Source: Clostridia bacterium (lineage in GTDB: Bacteria; Bacillota; Clostridia; Oscillospirales; Acutalibacteraceae). Taken from it: a DNA stretch of 64,000 nt. A model generated the notes under the pieces. It was not told where the DNA came from. It saw only the letters and a program-made list of their open reading frames with translations, and searched no databases. Shown piece by piece: positions 49,819-58,976 of this stretch. The stretch spans positions 4,895-68,894 of the forward strand of contig JAFQKF010000021.1 of the NCBI GenBank assembly GCA_017397105.1, read 5' to 3'. Numbering within the stretch: the stretch's first letter is position 1; every line of letters begins with the position of its first letter. The translations under genes and the position numbers were made by a program.

Positions 49819-50505
49819 ATGGAATTTAAAAGAATCACTCTTTTTTGCGGACATTACGGCAGCGGCAAAACCAACATCGCCGTAAACTGTGCCATAAAGC
49901 TCAAGAAGGACTATAAAAAAGTTGCAATAGCTGACCTTGATATAGTAAACCCCTATTTCAGAACGAAGGACAGCGAAAAAACTCTTGAAGCACATTCGAT
50001 AAAGCTTATATCTTCCGAATACGCAGGCTCCAACGTTGACGTGCCTGCTCTGCCGTCCCAGGCATATTCACTCTTTGATAACAAAGAGCTCAAAGCTGTA
50101 ATCGACGTAGGCGGTGATGACAGAGGCGCTCTCGCTCTGGGCAGATACGCACCTCTTCTCAAGGAAGAAAACGATTACGATATGCTTCTTGTAATCAACA
50201 AATTCAGACCTCTTACCCCCGATGCAGAAAGCACGGTTGAAGTAATGCGTGAAATTGAACAGGCCTGCGGTATTCAGTTCACGGGAATTGTAAACAACTC
50301 AAATCTCGGTGACGAAACCTGTGCGCAGGACGTTCTTTCAAGCATTGATTATGCCCGTGAAGTAGCTGAGGTTACAAATCTTCCCGTTAAAATGACAACG
50401 GTAAGGGAAGAACTTTACGGCGAACTCAGCGATAAAATTGATAATCTTATGCCCATAAGACTGTACGTTAAACAGTCCTGGACTATACAGGAGGAAAAAC
50501 ACTAA
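49819..50505 (+). CDS. P-loop NTPase of unknown function, associated with 2-oxoacid oxidoreductase genes
   Basis: GHYGSGKT, ADLDIVNPYFR, DVGGDDRGA. Confidence 0.8.
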   Translation: MEFKRITLFCGHYGSGKTNIAVNCAIKLKKDYKKVAIADLDIVNPYFRTKDSEKTLEAHSIKLISSEYAGSNVDVPALPSQAYSLFDNKELKAVIDVGGDDRGALALGRYAPLLKEENDYDMLLVINKFRPLTPDAESTVEVMREIEQACGIQFTGIVNNSNLGDETCAQDVLSSIDYAREVAEVTNLPVKMTTVREELYGELSDKIDNLMPIRLYVKQSWTIQEEKH

Positions 50506-50711
50506 TGGCAAAGGTAACTTTTAAAACCGATTTATGTAAGGGCTGCGGTCTTTGCGTTGGCGCTTGCCCTAAAGGAATCGTTGCTCTGCTTGACGACGTT
50601 ATTAACGCAAAAGGCTATCACCCCGCAGGTATTACAGACCAGGAAAAGTGCATCGGCTGTGCTTTCTGCGCAACCATGTGCCCCGATTGCGTAATCAAGG
50701 TAGAAAAGTAA
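50505..50711 (+). CDS. 2[4Fe-4S] ferredoxin (delta subunit)
   Basis: CKGCGLCVGACP and CIGCAFCATMCP. Confidence 0.95.
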   Translation: MAKVTFKTDLCKGCGLCVGACPKGIVALLDDVINAKGYHPAGITDQEKCIGCAFCATMCPDCVIKVEK

Positions 50712-50726
50712 GGAAGGAGAGTTAAA

Positions 50727-51797
50727 ATGGCTGAAAAAGTATTAATGAAGGGTAACGAAGCGCTTGCAGAAGCTGCTATCATGGCAGGCTGCCGCCACTA
50801 TTTCGGTTACCCCATCACCCCTCAGACTGAAATCGCTGCTTATATGGCAAAGAGAATGCCCAAAATCGGCGGCACATTCCTTCAGGCTGAAAGCGAAATC
50901 GCCGCTATCAACATGGTTTACGGCGCAGCAGCAGCAGGCAAAAGAGCTATGACTTCAAGCTCAAGCCCCGGAATTGCTCTTAAGAGCGAAGGTCTCTCCT
51001 ACCTTGCAGGCTCTGACCTTCCCGCACTTATCATCAACGTTCAGAGAGGCGGCCCCGGTCTCGGCGGCATCCAGCCCTCACAGTCTGACTATTTCCACGC
51101 AACAAGAGGCGCAGGCCACGGCGACTTCCATATGATCGTTCTCGCTCCCGCTTCCGTTCAGGAAATGGTTGACCTCACCTTCAAGGGCTTTGACCTTGCT
51201 GACAAATACCGCTCCCCCGTTATGCTCCTTTCAGACGGTACAATGGGTCAGATGATGGAGCCCGTAAGCCTTGATATGGGCGAAGTTAAGGAATATGATA
51301 AATCCTCATGGGCTACAAACGGCACAAAGTGCGAAAGAGAGCACAACGTTGTAAACTCCCTTTTCATCCAGCCCGACGAGCTTGAAAGATACAACTTTGA
51401 GCGTTATGAGCGCTATGCTCACATCGAGGCAAACGAAGTTATGTATTCCGAATACTGCATGGATGATGCAGAAATCTGCATAGTTGCTTACGGCGTTGCT
51501 GCAAGAGTTTCACAGAACGCTGTTGACAAAGCACGCGAGCAGGGAATCAAAGTAGGTATGATAAGACCCATCACCCTCTGGCCCTTCCCCAAGGCTGTTC
51601 TTAATGCTGCTGCCGATAAGGTTAAGGCGTTTATCAGCGTTGAGCTTTCCATGGGTCAGCTTATCGAGGACGTTCAGCTTGCTACAAGCTGCAAGAAGCC
51701 CGTTCTTCTTTGCAACCGTACAGGCGGCATGATCCCCACTACCGAGGATGTTCTTGCATCCATTAACAAAGCAAACTCTGTCGGAGGTGACAAATAA
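50727..51797 (+). CDS. vorB: 2-oxoacid:ferredoxin oxidoreductase alpha subunit (VorB-like, 3-methyl-2-oxobutanoate type)
   Basis: MKGNEA, FGYPITPQ, QAESE, TSSSSPG, RGGPGLGGIQP. Confidence 0.85.
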   Translation: MAEKVLMKGNEALAEAAIMAGCRHYFGYPITPQTEIAAYMAKRMPKIGGTFLQAESEIAAINMVYGAAAAGKRAMTSSSSPGIALKSEGLSYLAGSDLPALIINVQRGGPGLGGIQPSQSDYFHATRGAGHGDFHMIVLAPASVQEMVDLTFKGFDLADKYRSPVMLLSDGTMGQMMEPVSLDMGEVKEYDKSSWATNGTKCEREHNVVNSLFIQPDELERYNFERYERYAHIEANEVMYSEYCMDDAEICIVAYGVAARVSQNAVDKAREQGIKVGMIRPITLWPFPKAVLNAAADKVKAFISVELSMGQLIEDVQLATSCKKPVLLCNRTGGMIPTTEDVLASINKANSVGGDK

Positions 51798-52546
51798 TGA
51801 TAGTTTTTGATAAACCCAAGGCTCTCGCCGACGTACCCCTTCATTATTGCCCCGGCTGCACTCACGGCATCGTTCACCGTCTTGTTGCAGAGGTTATTGA
51901 TGAACTCGGCATCGAAGGCAAAACAGTAGGCGTCGCTCCTGTTGGCTGCTCCGTTTTTGCTTACAATTATTTTAACTGCGATATGATTGAGGCTGCTCAC
52001 GGCCGTGCTCCCGCTGTTGCTACCGGCGTTAAAAGAGCCGACCCCGACAATATCGTATTCACCTATCAGGGTGACGGCGACCTCGCTTCAATCGGCACCT
52101 GTGAAACCGTTCACGCTGCCGCAAGAAACGAAAACATCACCATTATCTTTATCAACAACACAATTTACGGCATGACCGGCGGCCAGATGGCTCCCACCTC
52201 ACTTCCCGGCCAGATTACCCAGACCTCTCCCTACGGCAGAGACGTAAACACCGTAGGTCTTCCCATCAAGGTTTGCGAAATGCTTTCACAGGTTGACGGC
52301 GCTTCCTACCTTGAAAGAGTTGCCGTAAACAACGTTAAGAACGTAAGAAATGCCAAGAAGGCTATCAAGCGTGCTTTCCAGAACCAGCTTGAAGGCAAGG
52401 GCTTCTCCCTTATAGAAGTTCTTTCCACCTGCCCCACAAACTGGGGTCTTACACCCGATAAGGCTCTCAAGTGGCTTGAGGAAAACATGATTCCTTATTA
52501 CCCTCTCGGCGTATACAAGGATAAGTACAGCGAGGAGGGCAAATAA
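51797..52546 (+). CDS. 2-oxoacid:ferredoxin oxidoreductase beta (TPP-binding) subunit
   Basis: YCPGCTHG, PVGC, AHGR, YQGDGD, NN..YGMTGGQ, CPTNW. Confidence 0.92.
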   Translation: MIVFDKPKALADVPLHYCPGCTHGIVHRLVAEVIDELGIEGKTVGVAPVGCSVFAYNYFNCDMIEAAHGRAPAVATGVKRADPDNIVFTYQGDGDLASIGTCETVHAAARNENITIIFINNTIYGMTGGQMAPTSLPGQITQTSPYGRDVNTVGLPIKVCEMLSQVDGASYLERVAVNNVKNVRNAKKAIKRAFQNQLEGKGFSLIEVLSTCPTNWGLTPDKALKWLEENMIPYYPLGVYKDKYSEEGK

Positions 52547-52547
52547 T

Positions 52548-53075
52548 ATGACAAAATCAATTCTTCTTGCAGGCTTCGGCGGCCAGGGCATTCTTTTCAG
52601 CGGAAAGTTCCTTGCTTACAAAGGTCTTATTGAAGGCAACGAGGTAAGCTGGCTTCCCTCATACGGCCCTGAGATGAGAGGCGGCACCTGCAACTGCAGC
52701 GTCATCCTCAGTGACAGACAGATCGGTTCCCCCATCGTTACCAATCCCGATATCCTTATTGCTATGAACCTCCCCTCGCTTGATAAGTTTGAAAACGCAG
52801 TTGTTCCCGGCGGTCAGATTTTCGTTGACAGCACTCTTATTGAGCGCAAGGTTAACAGAGATGACGTTGACGTTTTCTATATCCCCGCTACAAGACTTGC
52901 AAGCGAAAACGGTTTCCAGACTCTTGCAAACATGGTTATGATAGGTCACCTTCTCAGCAAGGGCGACTTTACCCGTGACAATATCGACACAGCTATGGGT
53001 AAAATCGTTTCCGCAAAGCGTCAGAATCTTCTTGATTCCAACATCGCTGCCGTTGAGCTTGGTTATAACTATTAA
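52548..53075 (+). CDS. 2-oxoacid:ferredoxin oxidoreductase gamma subunit
   Basis: [24 protein letters not shown]. Confidence 0.92.
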   Translation: MTKSILLAGFGGQGILFSGKFLAYKGLIEGNEVSWLPSYGPEMRGGTCNCSVILSDRQIGSPIVTNPDILIAMNLPSLDKFENAVVPGGQIFVDSTLIERKVNRDDVDVFYIPATRLASENGFQTLANMVMIGHLLSKGDFTRDNIDTAMGKIVSAKRQNLLDSNIAAVELGYNY

Positions 53076-53105
53076 TCATCATTCCATCAGGAGAGGATAA
53101 TCAGT

Positions 53106-53657
53106 ATGACGTACGAACTCAAAGAAATCGGCAAAAGACTTTCCGTCTTGCGCGATATCAACGATATTACCGCAGAAGAAATGGCATCAAAGCTCAATAT
53201 GAGCACCGAAAATTACCTTGCCTGCGAAAAGGGAGAAGCGGATTTTTCATTCAGCTTTATCCTCAATGCGGCGGTAATTCTCGGCATTGACGTACTTGAA
53301 ATCATAAGCGGAGTCAGCCCCAAGCTTTCCACCTGCACGGTTGTTAAAAAAGGTCACGGCTTCCCCATCAACCGCAACACGGGTAACGATTACAGACATC
53401 TTGCCCATACTTTCAGGGATGCAAAAGCTGACCCCCTGCTTGTTACCGTTTCTCCCAGCGATGATCCGCCTGTTATGCACGATCACGAAGGTCAGGAATT
53501 CAACTACGTGCTTCACGGCAATATGAAATTCTACATCGGCGACATCTGCTATGAGCTCGGCAAGGGTGACAGCGTTTATTTTGATTCAAGCATTCCCCAT
53601 GCTGAAAAAGCAGTAGGCGGTAAGGATTTGCAGTTCCTTGCAATAGTTTTAAAGTAA
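53106..53657 (+). CDS. XRE-HTH plus cupin transcriptional regulator
   Basis: IGKRL...HTH, then cupin HDHEGQEFNYV...GDSVYFDSSIPH. Confidence 0.9.
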   Translation: MTYELKEIGKRLSVLRDINDITAEEMASKLNMSTENYLACEKGEADFSFSFILNAAVILGIDVLEIISGVSPKLSTCTVVKKGHGFPINRNTGNDYRHLAHTFRDAKADPLLVTVSPSDDPPVMHDHEGQEFNYVLHGNMKFYIGDICYELGKGDSVYFDSSIPHAEKAVGGKDLQFLAIVLK

Positions 53658-53670
53658 AATAACGTTTTTT

Positions 53671-53700
53671 AATCCGCTCATTTTTATGGGCGGATTTTTA
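53671..53700 (+). terminator. Intrinsic terminator of the operon
   Basis: AATCCGCTCAT...ATGGGCGGATT followed by a T-run. Confidence 0.8.
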
Positions 53701-53729
53701 TTGAAATGAGTATGCCTGTATGATATAAT
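53701..53729 (+). promoter_or_regulatory. sigmaA promoter of the GH95 gene
   Basis: TTGAAA-17 bp-TATAAT with extended TG. Confidence 0.75.
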
Positions 53730-53763
53730 GAAAATAATATTATCCCGAAAGGATGTTGAATAT

Positions 53764-56067
53764 ATGAAGCAGTTTGATTCTCTTTTGTGGTACAGCCAGC
53801 CCTCAAAGGCATGGACCCAGAGCCTTCCCATCGGTAACGGCACTCTCGGCGCCATGATTTACGGCACCGTTGGCAGTGAGCTTCTTTCTCTTAACCACGA
53901 TGAACTGTGGACAGGCTATCCCGAAGATACCAACTACGTCAAAAACGCCCCCGAAGCCCTCAGAAAGACCCGTGAGCTCATAATGCAGGGAAAGTTCGCA
54001 GAGGGTCAGAAAGTCTGCGAAGAAGGCTTCCAGAGCCGTTGGAGTCAGGCTTATATGCCTTTGGGCGATATTAAAATAGATTTCACCTCCTGCAAGCGTG
54101 CACGCAGCTATAAAAGAAGCCTCGATATCGCAAATGCCATTGCAAGCGTTGAATATACTCAGGACGGTGTTGAATTCAGAAGAGAATACTTTGCTTCTTA
54201 TCCTGACAAGGTTATAGCCGCTAAAATCACCGCAAGCAAGCCTGCGCTCAACTTCACTCTTACTCTCACAAGCAAGCTTAAATCTTTTGTTTTCACTCGT
54301 AACGATGTGCTCTGGCTTGACGGTGAGTGCCCCTCTGATAATTGCGAAAACATGGAAACGGGCAAAAACCGCTACATTGATGATGACGAATGCAGAGGAA
54401 TTCAGTTCAGAGCAGGCGTTAAGCTTACCGCGGACGGTAAGGTAACCTATTCTGATGACGGAATCACCGTAGCCGACGCAAGCGAAGTAACCTTTTTCTT
54501 CACCTGCGTTACAAGCTTTAACAGCTACGATAAAAAGCCTTATCTTGAAGGCAAGGAATACAAAAAGCCCTGCGCTGATATTCTTGAGAATATTTCGGAT
54601 TATGAAACCGTCAAGAAAAATCACCTCGCCGACTATACCGGCATTTACAACAGAGTAAGCCTCGACCTTGGCGAAAGCGAGCACTCCTCACTTCCAACGG
54701 ACAAAAGACTAAAAAAATTCGCAACCGCAAAAAAAGACCCTTCGCTTATATCTCTTATATATAATTACGGCAGATATCTTGCCATTTCATCCTCACGCGA
54801 AGGCTCTCAGCCCTCAACCCTTCAGGGCATATGGAATCACCGTGTAAATCCCCCCTGGAATTCAAACTATACCGTAAACATCAACACCGAAATGAACTAC
54901 TGGCCCGTGCTTATGTGCCGTATGCCTGAGGTAAACCTTCCGCTTGTAAAAATGGTTGAAGAGCTTTCGGTAAAGGGCGAAAAGACCGCAAAGGTATTCT
55001 ATGATGCTCCCGGTTTCGTAAGCCACCACAATGTTGACCTCTGGCGTCTTACCACCCCCGTGCCCGGCTGTGCTTCCTGGAGCTTCTGGCCCGGCTCTTC
55101 CGGCTGGTTGTGCCGCCATCTGTTTGAGCATTACGAGTATACAACGGACATTGAATTCCTCAGAAATACCGCTTATCCCGTTATGAAAAAGGCTGCGGAA
55201 TTCTATCTTTCACAGCTCGCCGATAACGGCAACGGCAAGCTTATTTTCCCCGCAGGAACTTCACCCGAAAATCTTTTTGTTCAGGGTAAAGACAACTGCG
55301 CAATAGGCAAAACCTCCACTATGACAATGAGCATCATCAAGGATTTGTTTACCTCCTGCGTTAAGGCAAGCAAAATTCTTAAAGCTGACGGCGAATTTGC
55401 CGCAAAGCTTCAGAATGCGCTCGATAATATGCTCGGCTTTGAAATCGGCTCAAAAGGTCAGCTCCTTGAATGGGATGATGAATATATTGAAGAAGACCCT
55501 CACCACCGCCACGTTTCGCATCTCTATGCTCTGCACCCTGCAAGCCTCATCACCGCTGACGGCACACCTGACCTCGCAGCCGCCTGCAGAAAGACTCTGG
55601 AAGGCAGAGGCGATAACGGCACAGGCTGGAGCCTTGGCTGGAAAATCAACTTCTGGGCAAGACTTTTTGACGGAGACCACGCTCTCAAGCTTATCGAAAT
55701 GCAGCTTCGCCCCGTTAAGAGCATCGGCATAAAATACAGCAGAGGCGGCGGAACATACGAAAATCTTTTCGACGCTCATCCTCCTTTCCAGATTGACGGT
55801 AACTTCGGCGCAACAAGCGGTATAACCGAAATGCTCATGCAGTCGCGCGACGGTAAAATCTACCTTCTCCCCGCCCTGCCCTCCTCATGGAAAAACGGAG
55901 AAATCAAGGGTCTGCTTGCAAAGGGCAATATCATAGTTGATATTGTTTGGGAAAACGGCAAACTCAAGAATTATACCCTCAACGGCAAGGGCGATATAAC
56001 GGTTGTATACAACGGCGAAGAAAAGAAAATCACGCTTTCTTCAAAGCCCGAAACCTTTGATGCATAA
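53764..56067 (+). CDS. Glycoside hydrolase family 95 (alpha-L-fucosidase-like)
   Basis: [64 protein letters not shown]. Start moved to ATG 53764. No signal peptide. Confidence 0.93.
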   Translation: MKQFDSLLWYSQPSKAWTQSLPIGNGTLGAMIYGTVGSELLSLNHDELWTGYPEDTNYVKNAPEALRKTRELIMQGKFAEGQKVCEEGFQSRWSQAYMPLGDIKIDFTSCKRARSYKRSLDIANAIASVEYTQDGVEFRREYFASYPDKVIAAKITASKPALNFTLTLTSKLKSFVFTRNDVLWLDGECPSDNCENMETGKNRYIDDDECRGIQFRAGVKLTADGKVTYSDDGITVADASEVTFFFTCVTSFNSYDKKPYLEGKEYKKPCADILENISDYETVKKNHLADYTGIYNRVSLDLGESEHSSLPTDKRLKKFATAKKDPSLISLIYNYGRYLAISSSREGSQPSTLQGIWNHRVNPPWNSNYTVNINTEMNYWPVLMCRMPEVNLPLVKMVEELSVKGEKTAKVFYDAPGFVSHHNVDLWRLTTPVPGCASWSFWPGSSGWLCRHLFEHYEYTTDIEFLRNTAYPVMKKAAEFYLSQLADNGNGKLIFPAGTSPENLFVQGKDNCAIGKTSTMTMSIIKDLFTSCVKASKILKADGEFAAKLQNALDNMLGFEIGSKGQLLEWDDEYIEEDPHHRHVSHLYALHPASLITADGTPDLAAACRKTLEGRGDNGTGWSLGWKINFWARLFDGDHALKLIEMQLRPVKSIGIKYSRGGGTYENLFDAHPPFQIDGNFGATSGITEMLMQSRDGKIYLLPALPSSWKNGEIKGLLAKGNIIVDIVWENGKLKNYTLNGKGDITVVYNGEEKKITLSSKPETFDA

Positions 56068-56654
56068 TGAAATACGACCTTTATGATTTTGATCTGACCG
56101 CCTTTCCGTACGACTGCGAAACCGTTTTTCTGTTTGAAACAATGCTCACTCACCCATGGCTGTTTTTCCTGATTCCTTACCAGTTGGTGTGCATAACGCT
56201 TTATTTTCTCGGCTTCGGCGGCAAATACAAAGGAAAGTGCTTTATTTTCTTGAAATTTGTAGACGGCGAAAAGCTCGTTAAAAAATTCTGGAAACGCCAC
56301 GAAAAGCTGATTTATCCCCTTTTTTATAAAGAAAACAGGAATTTCCCGAGCGTTGTTTGCTCCGCTTCTCCCGAATTTCTTATAACTCCCATCTGCAAAA
56401 AACACGGAATTGACGTAGTTATCGCAACACGCATGGATATAAGAAACGGAAGAATCATAGGAAAGAACTGCAAGGATAAAGAAAAAATCAAGCGGATTAA
56501 GGAAAAATTGCCCGATGCCGTTTTCAGAAACGTATATTCTGACGATTTGAAAAGCGATATTCACATTTTTCGCCTTGGTGAAAAATGCTTCAAGGCAAAG
56601 CGCGGCACTTTAACCGAAATGACTCTTGAAGAAATTGAAAACGCCATAAAATAA
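56067..56654 (+). CDS. HAD-superfamily hydrolase
   Basis: YDFDLT (DxDxT), SASP, GKNC..EK, YSD...D. Confidence 0.8.
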   Translation: MKYDLYDFDLTAFPYDCETVFLFETMLTHPWLFFLIPYQLVCITLYFLGFGGKYKGKCFIFLKFVDGEKLVKKFWKRHEKLIYPLFYKENRNFPSVVCSASPEFLITPICKKHGIDVVIATRMDIRNGRIIGKNCKDKEKIKRIKEKLPDAVFRNVYSDDLKSDIHIFRLGEKCFKAKRGTLTEMTLEEIENAIK

Positions 56655-56704
56655 GCTCAGCCTGCGCCAAAAGGTGCAGGCTGTAAATTCAAGGAACGGT
56701 AAAA

Positions 56705-57448
56705 ATGAACGAAGAATTACAGTTAAAAAACAGATTCACTGAGCTTAGTGAACGCTCATATTCAAGAGGGTGCTACACTTACACGGAGTTTCTCACTCTT
56801 GCCGAGCAGGATATCCTCACGAAAACTCTGCCAAAAAACAGGTATATCCTCTATGGCGGCATCAAGGATGCTCAAAGAAAAATCGCCTGCTTCGGAAATG
56901 AAGATATCTGCGGCTACGAAGAAACACCGCCTGTTTCAATAATCAGAATCTCTCCTGTTTCAATGAGATTTGCCGACAATCTTACTCACCGTGACTTTCT
57001 CGGCTCACTCATGGGGCTTGGAATACGCAGGGAGGTGCTCGGCGATATTCTGACCGATGAGAACACGGCGTATCTTTTCTGCCTTGATAATATTACCGCT
57101 TATATCACGGAAAATCTGACGCAGGTAAAGCATACAACCGTAAAATGTACCGTTGAAAACGAGTTGCCTGAAATCTGCATTACCGAACCCGATGCACAGG
57201 AGTTTGTTGTGGCAAGTGAAAGATGCGATGCAATTATTGCCGCCGTTTACTCACTCTCAAGGGCAAACAGCCAAAAGCTCTTTGCTCAAAAGCTTGTTTT
57301 CATCAACAGCTCTCTTTGTGAGAATCCGGAAGCATCTCTTAAATCGGAAGATATTGTAAGCGTGCGAGGCCACGGAAGATTCATTTACAAAGGAATAAAA
57401 CTGCAGACCAAAAAAGGCAAAAACCGCATCCTGGCGGCAGTTTATTAA
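56705..57448 (+). CDS. ylmH: YlmH-like RNA-binding S4 protein
   Basis: TEFL, LTHRDFLGSLMGLGIRREVLGDI, SERCDA, SVRGHGR, TKKG. Confidence 0.85.
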   Translation: MNEELQLKNRFTELSERSYSRGCYTYTEFLTLAEQDILTKTLPKNRYILYGGIKDAQRKIACFGNEDICGYEETPPVSIIRISPVSMRFADNLTHRDFLGSLMGLGIRREVLGDILTDENTAYLFCLDNITAYITENLTQVKHTTVKCTVENELPEICITEPDAQEFVVASERCDAIIAAVYSLSRANSQKLFAQKLVFINSSLCENPEASLKSEDIVSVRGHGRFIYKGIKLQTKKGKNRILAAVY

Positions 57449-57453
57449 AAGAT

Positions 57454-57494
57454 AAAAAGAGGACAGTTCACAATGAACTGTCCTCTGATTTTTT
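57454..57494. terminator. Bidirectional terminator
   Basis: AGAGGACAGTTCA-CAA-TGAACTGTCCTCT with A and T tails, between convergent genes. Confidence 0.85.
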
Positions 57495-58830
57495 ATTCTT
57501 CGCTTTTATTCTCGCTCTGTTCAATTTCATCGAGTTTTACGGTTTCTTCTGCTATGGGTGAAGGTTCAGTTACAGCAGCAGGTGCAGCCGAGCTCTTTTT
57601 CTTCTTGATAATCACAACTGCCGCTACCGCCGCAATAGCTGCCAGAACAACAACGGCAATAAAAATGTAGCGAAGGTTGTTATTTTCCGAATCTGAATCA
57701 ACCTCTTCCTCAGCGGTTGTAAGCTCAACGGTATTCTGAACCACGGGAAGCGACTGCTCCGAAAAAGCATAGCCCATGCTGTTTGCAAAGGTTTCCGCTA
57801 CTGAACCCGCCTTACCATATATTATAAAATCCTTATCAACGTTACTGAAGGTTGATTCTTCAATAGAAACAACGCATTCGGGAATAACAGCGCTTTTTGC
57901 CGTAACTTCCTGGAATGCACGGGCACCAAGATGAGTAACGGGCTTTGAGTCAATCTCAGGAGGGATTACAACATCTGACTCTCCGCCGATATAGTAAGTA
58001 ATCATAACCGTTTTGCCTTCAACTATCTGGTAATAGAAGGTTCCCTCGTGGATATATATCGTATCGCTTATCTCAATATCCTTGGTTGTAGAGGTTATTC
58101 CCGCATCAGGCAGTGCTGTTACGGTAACGGGTCTTGTTGTAAACGTATTTCGTTTCGTAGTAGTGGGCTTTTTCTTGGTTGTTGACTGGGCCGAAGTGCT
58201 CTGAGTCTGCTCTTCTGTACTCTGCTGAGATTCTTCAACAGGATACGTAGTGCTCTGTTCAGCTGTTGTGCCCTGCGAAGCCTGCTCGGATGTGCTCGTT
58301 TCATCAGGAGCGGTAGCGGTGGTGGTTTCGGTGGTTGTTGCAGTGGTGGTCGTAGTGGTAGTAGTCAATGCTGCAGCTCCGTTTTCCCACTCGCAGATAT
58401 AAGCACATTTTTCTTCGTCCGTGCCTGTAACCCAGTCACCGCTTTTACCGTTGATTTTAGCGTATACATCATCCGTTGCGGCAGGAGCGTTACCCGATGC
58501 CCATTTTGAATACTCAATAACCGGGCCGTATTCGCCCCAGGTCCAGGTAGTGTTTCTTTCATTAACGGCGCCAATCCAGCAGTAACCGGAAACGTTCTTT
58601 AAAAGGAACTCCTGCTCTGACGCACTTTCTATATATACAAGATGACCCGACAGTTTTTCACAGTGCTCCTGCGCGTCATCTCTTTTTTCTGCATCAGTAA
58701 AAACATAATAAGCATTATTGCCGAAAACAAGTGCATCCGCAGGCACCTGAGCCTGGCTTACGGTTGCGCCTGCAAACATTGCGCAAATCATTACAATTGC
58801 GCAAGCTAAAGCTTTCATTCTCTTTTTCAT
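57493..58830 (-). CDS. Cell-surface protein: signal peptide, C-type lectin-like domain, Thr/Ser-rich stalk, short BspA-like LRR module, C-terminal TM anchor
   Basis: FGNNAYYVF...AQEHCEKLSGHLVYIESASEQ...WIG...YSKW...YICEW; poly-Thr; IPPEIDSKPVTHLGARAF...IPECVVSIEESTF; TM followed by KKKK. Confidence 0.82.
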   Translation of the reverse strand: MKKRMKALACAIVMICAMFAGATVSQAQVPADALVFGNNAYYVFTDAEKRDDAQEHCEKLSGHLVYIESASEQEFLLKNVSGYCWIGAVNERNTTWTWGEYGPVIEYSKWASGNAPAATDDVYAKINGKSGDWVTGTDEEKCAYICEWENGAAALTTTTTTTTATTTETTTATAPDETSTSEQASQGTTAEQSTTYPVEESQQSTEEQTQSTSAQSTTKKKPTTTKRNTFTTRPVTVTALPDAGITSTTKDIEISDTIYIHEGTFYYQIVEGKTVMITYYIGGESDVVIPPEIDSKPVTHLGARAFQEVTAKSAVIPECVVSIEESTFSNVDKDFIIYGKAGSVAETFANSMGYAFSEQSLPVVQNTVELTTAEEEVDSDSENNNLRYIFIAVVVLAAIAAVAAVVIIKKKKSSAAPAAVTEPSPIAEETVKLDEIEQSENKSEE

Positions 58831-58859
58831 TCTTATTCCTCCGATAATTAGTCCCCATC

Positions 58860-58888
58860 ATTATAGATTCAAAACAACCCAAGGTCAA
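58860..58888 (-). promoter_or_regulatory. sigmaA promoter of the lectin-domain gene
   Basis: TTGACC-17 bp-TATAAT on the minus strand. Confidence 0.7.
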
Positions 58889-58934
58889 CCGATAATTGGC
58901 GATTTTTGATTATTTAATAATTATTTAACATTTT

Positions 58935-58962
58935 AACAGCCCGTGCTTGCACACAGGCTGTT
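58935..58962 (-). terminator. Stem-loop after the ABC permease
   Basis: AACAGCC...GGCTGTT; weak U-tail. Confidence 0.5.
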
Positions 58963-58976
58963 TTAAACTACGGTTT

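Noticed and set aside
53803-54684. 293-aa ORF antisense to GH95 (also 47995-48612, 29617-30228 and 55971-56564)
   Set aside because: They lie opposite well-supported genes and show no recognisable domains.
56658-56683. Hairpin CAGCCTGCGCC...GGTGCAGGCTG as a terminator
   Set aside because: The stem is real but has no U-tract, so it may be only a stability or processing element.
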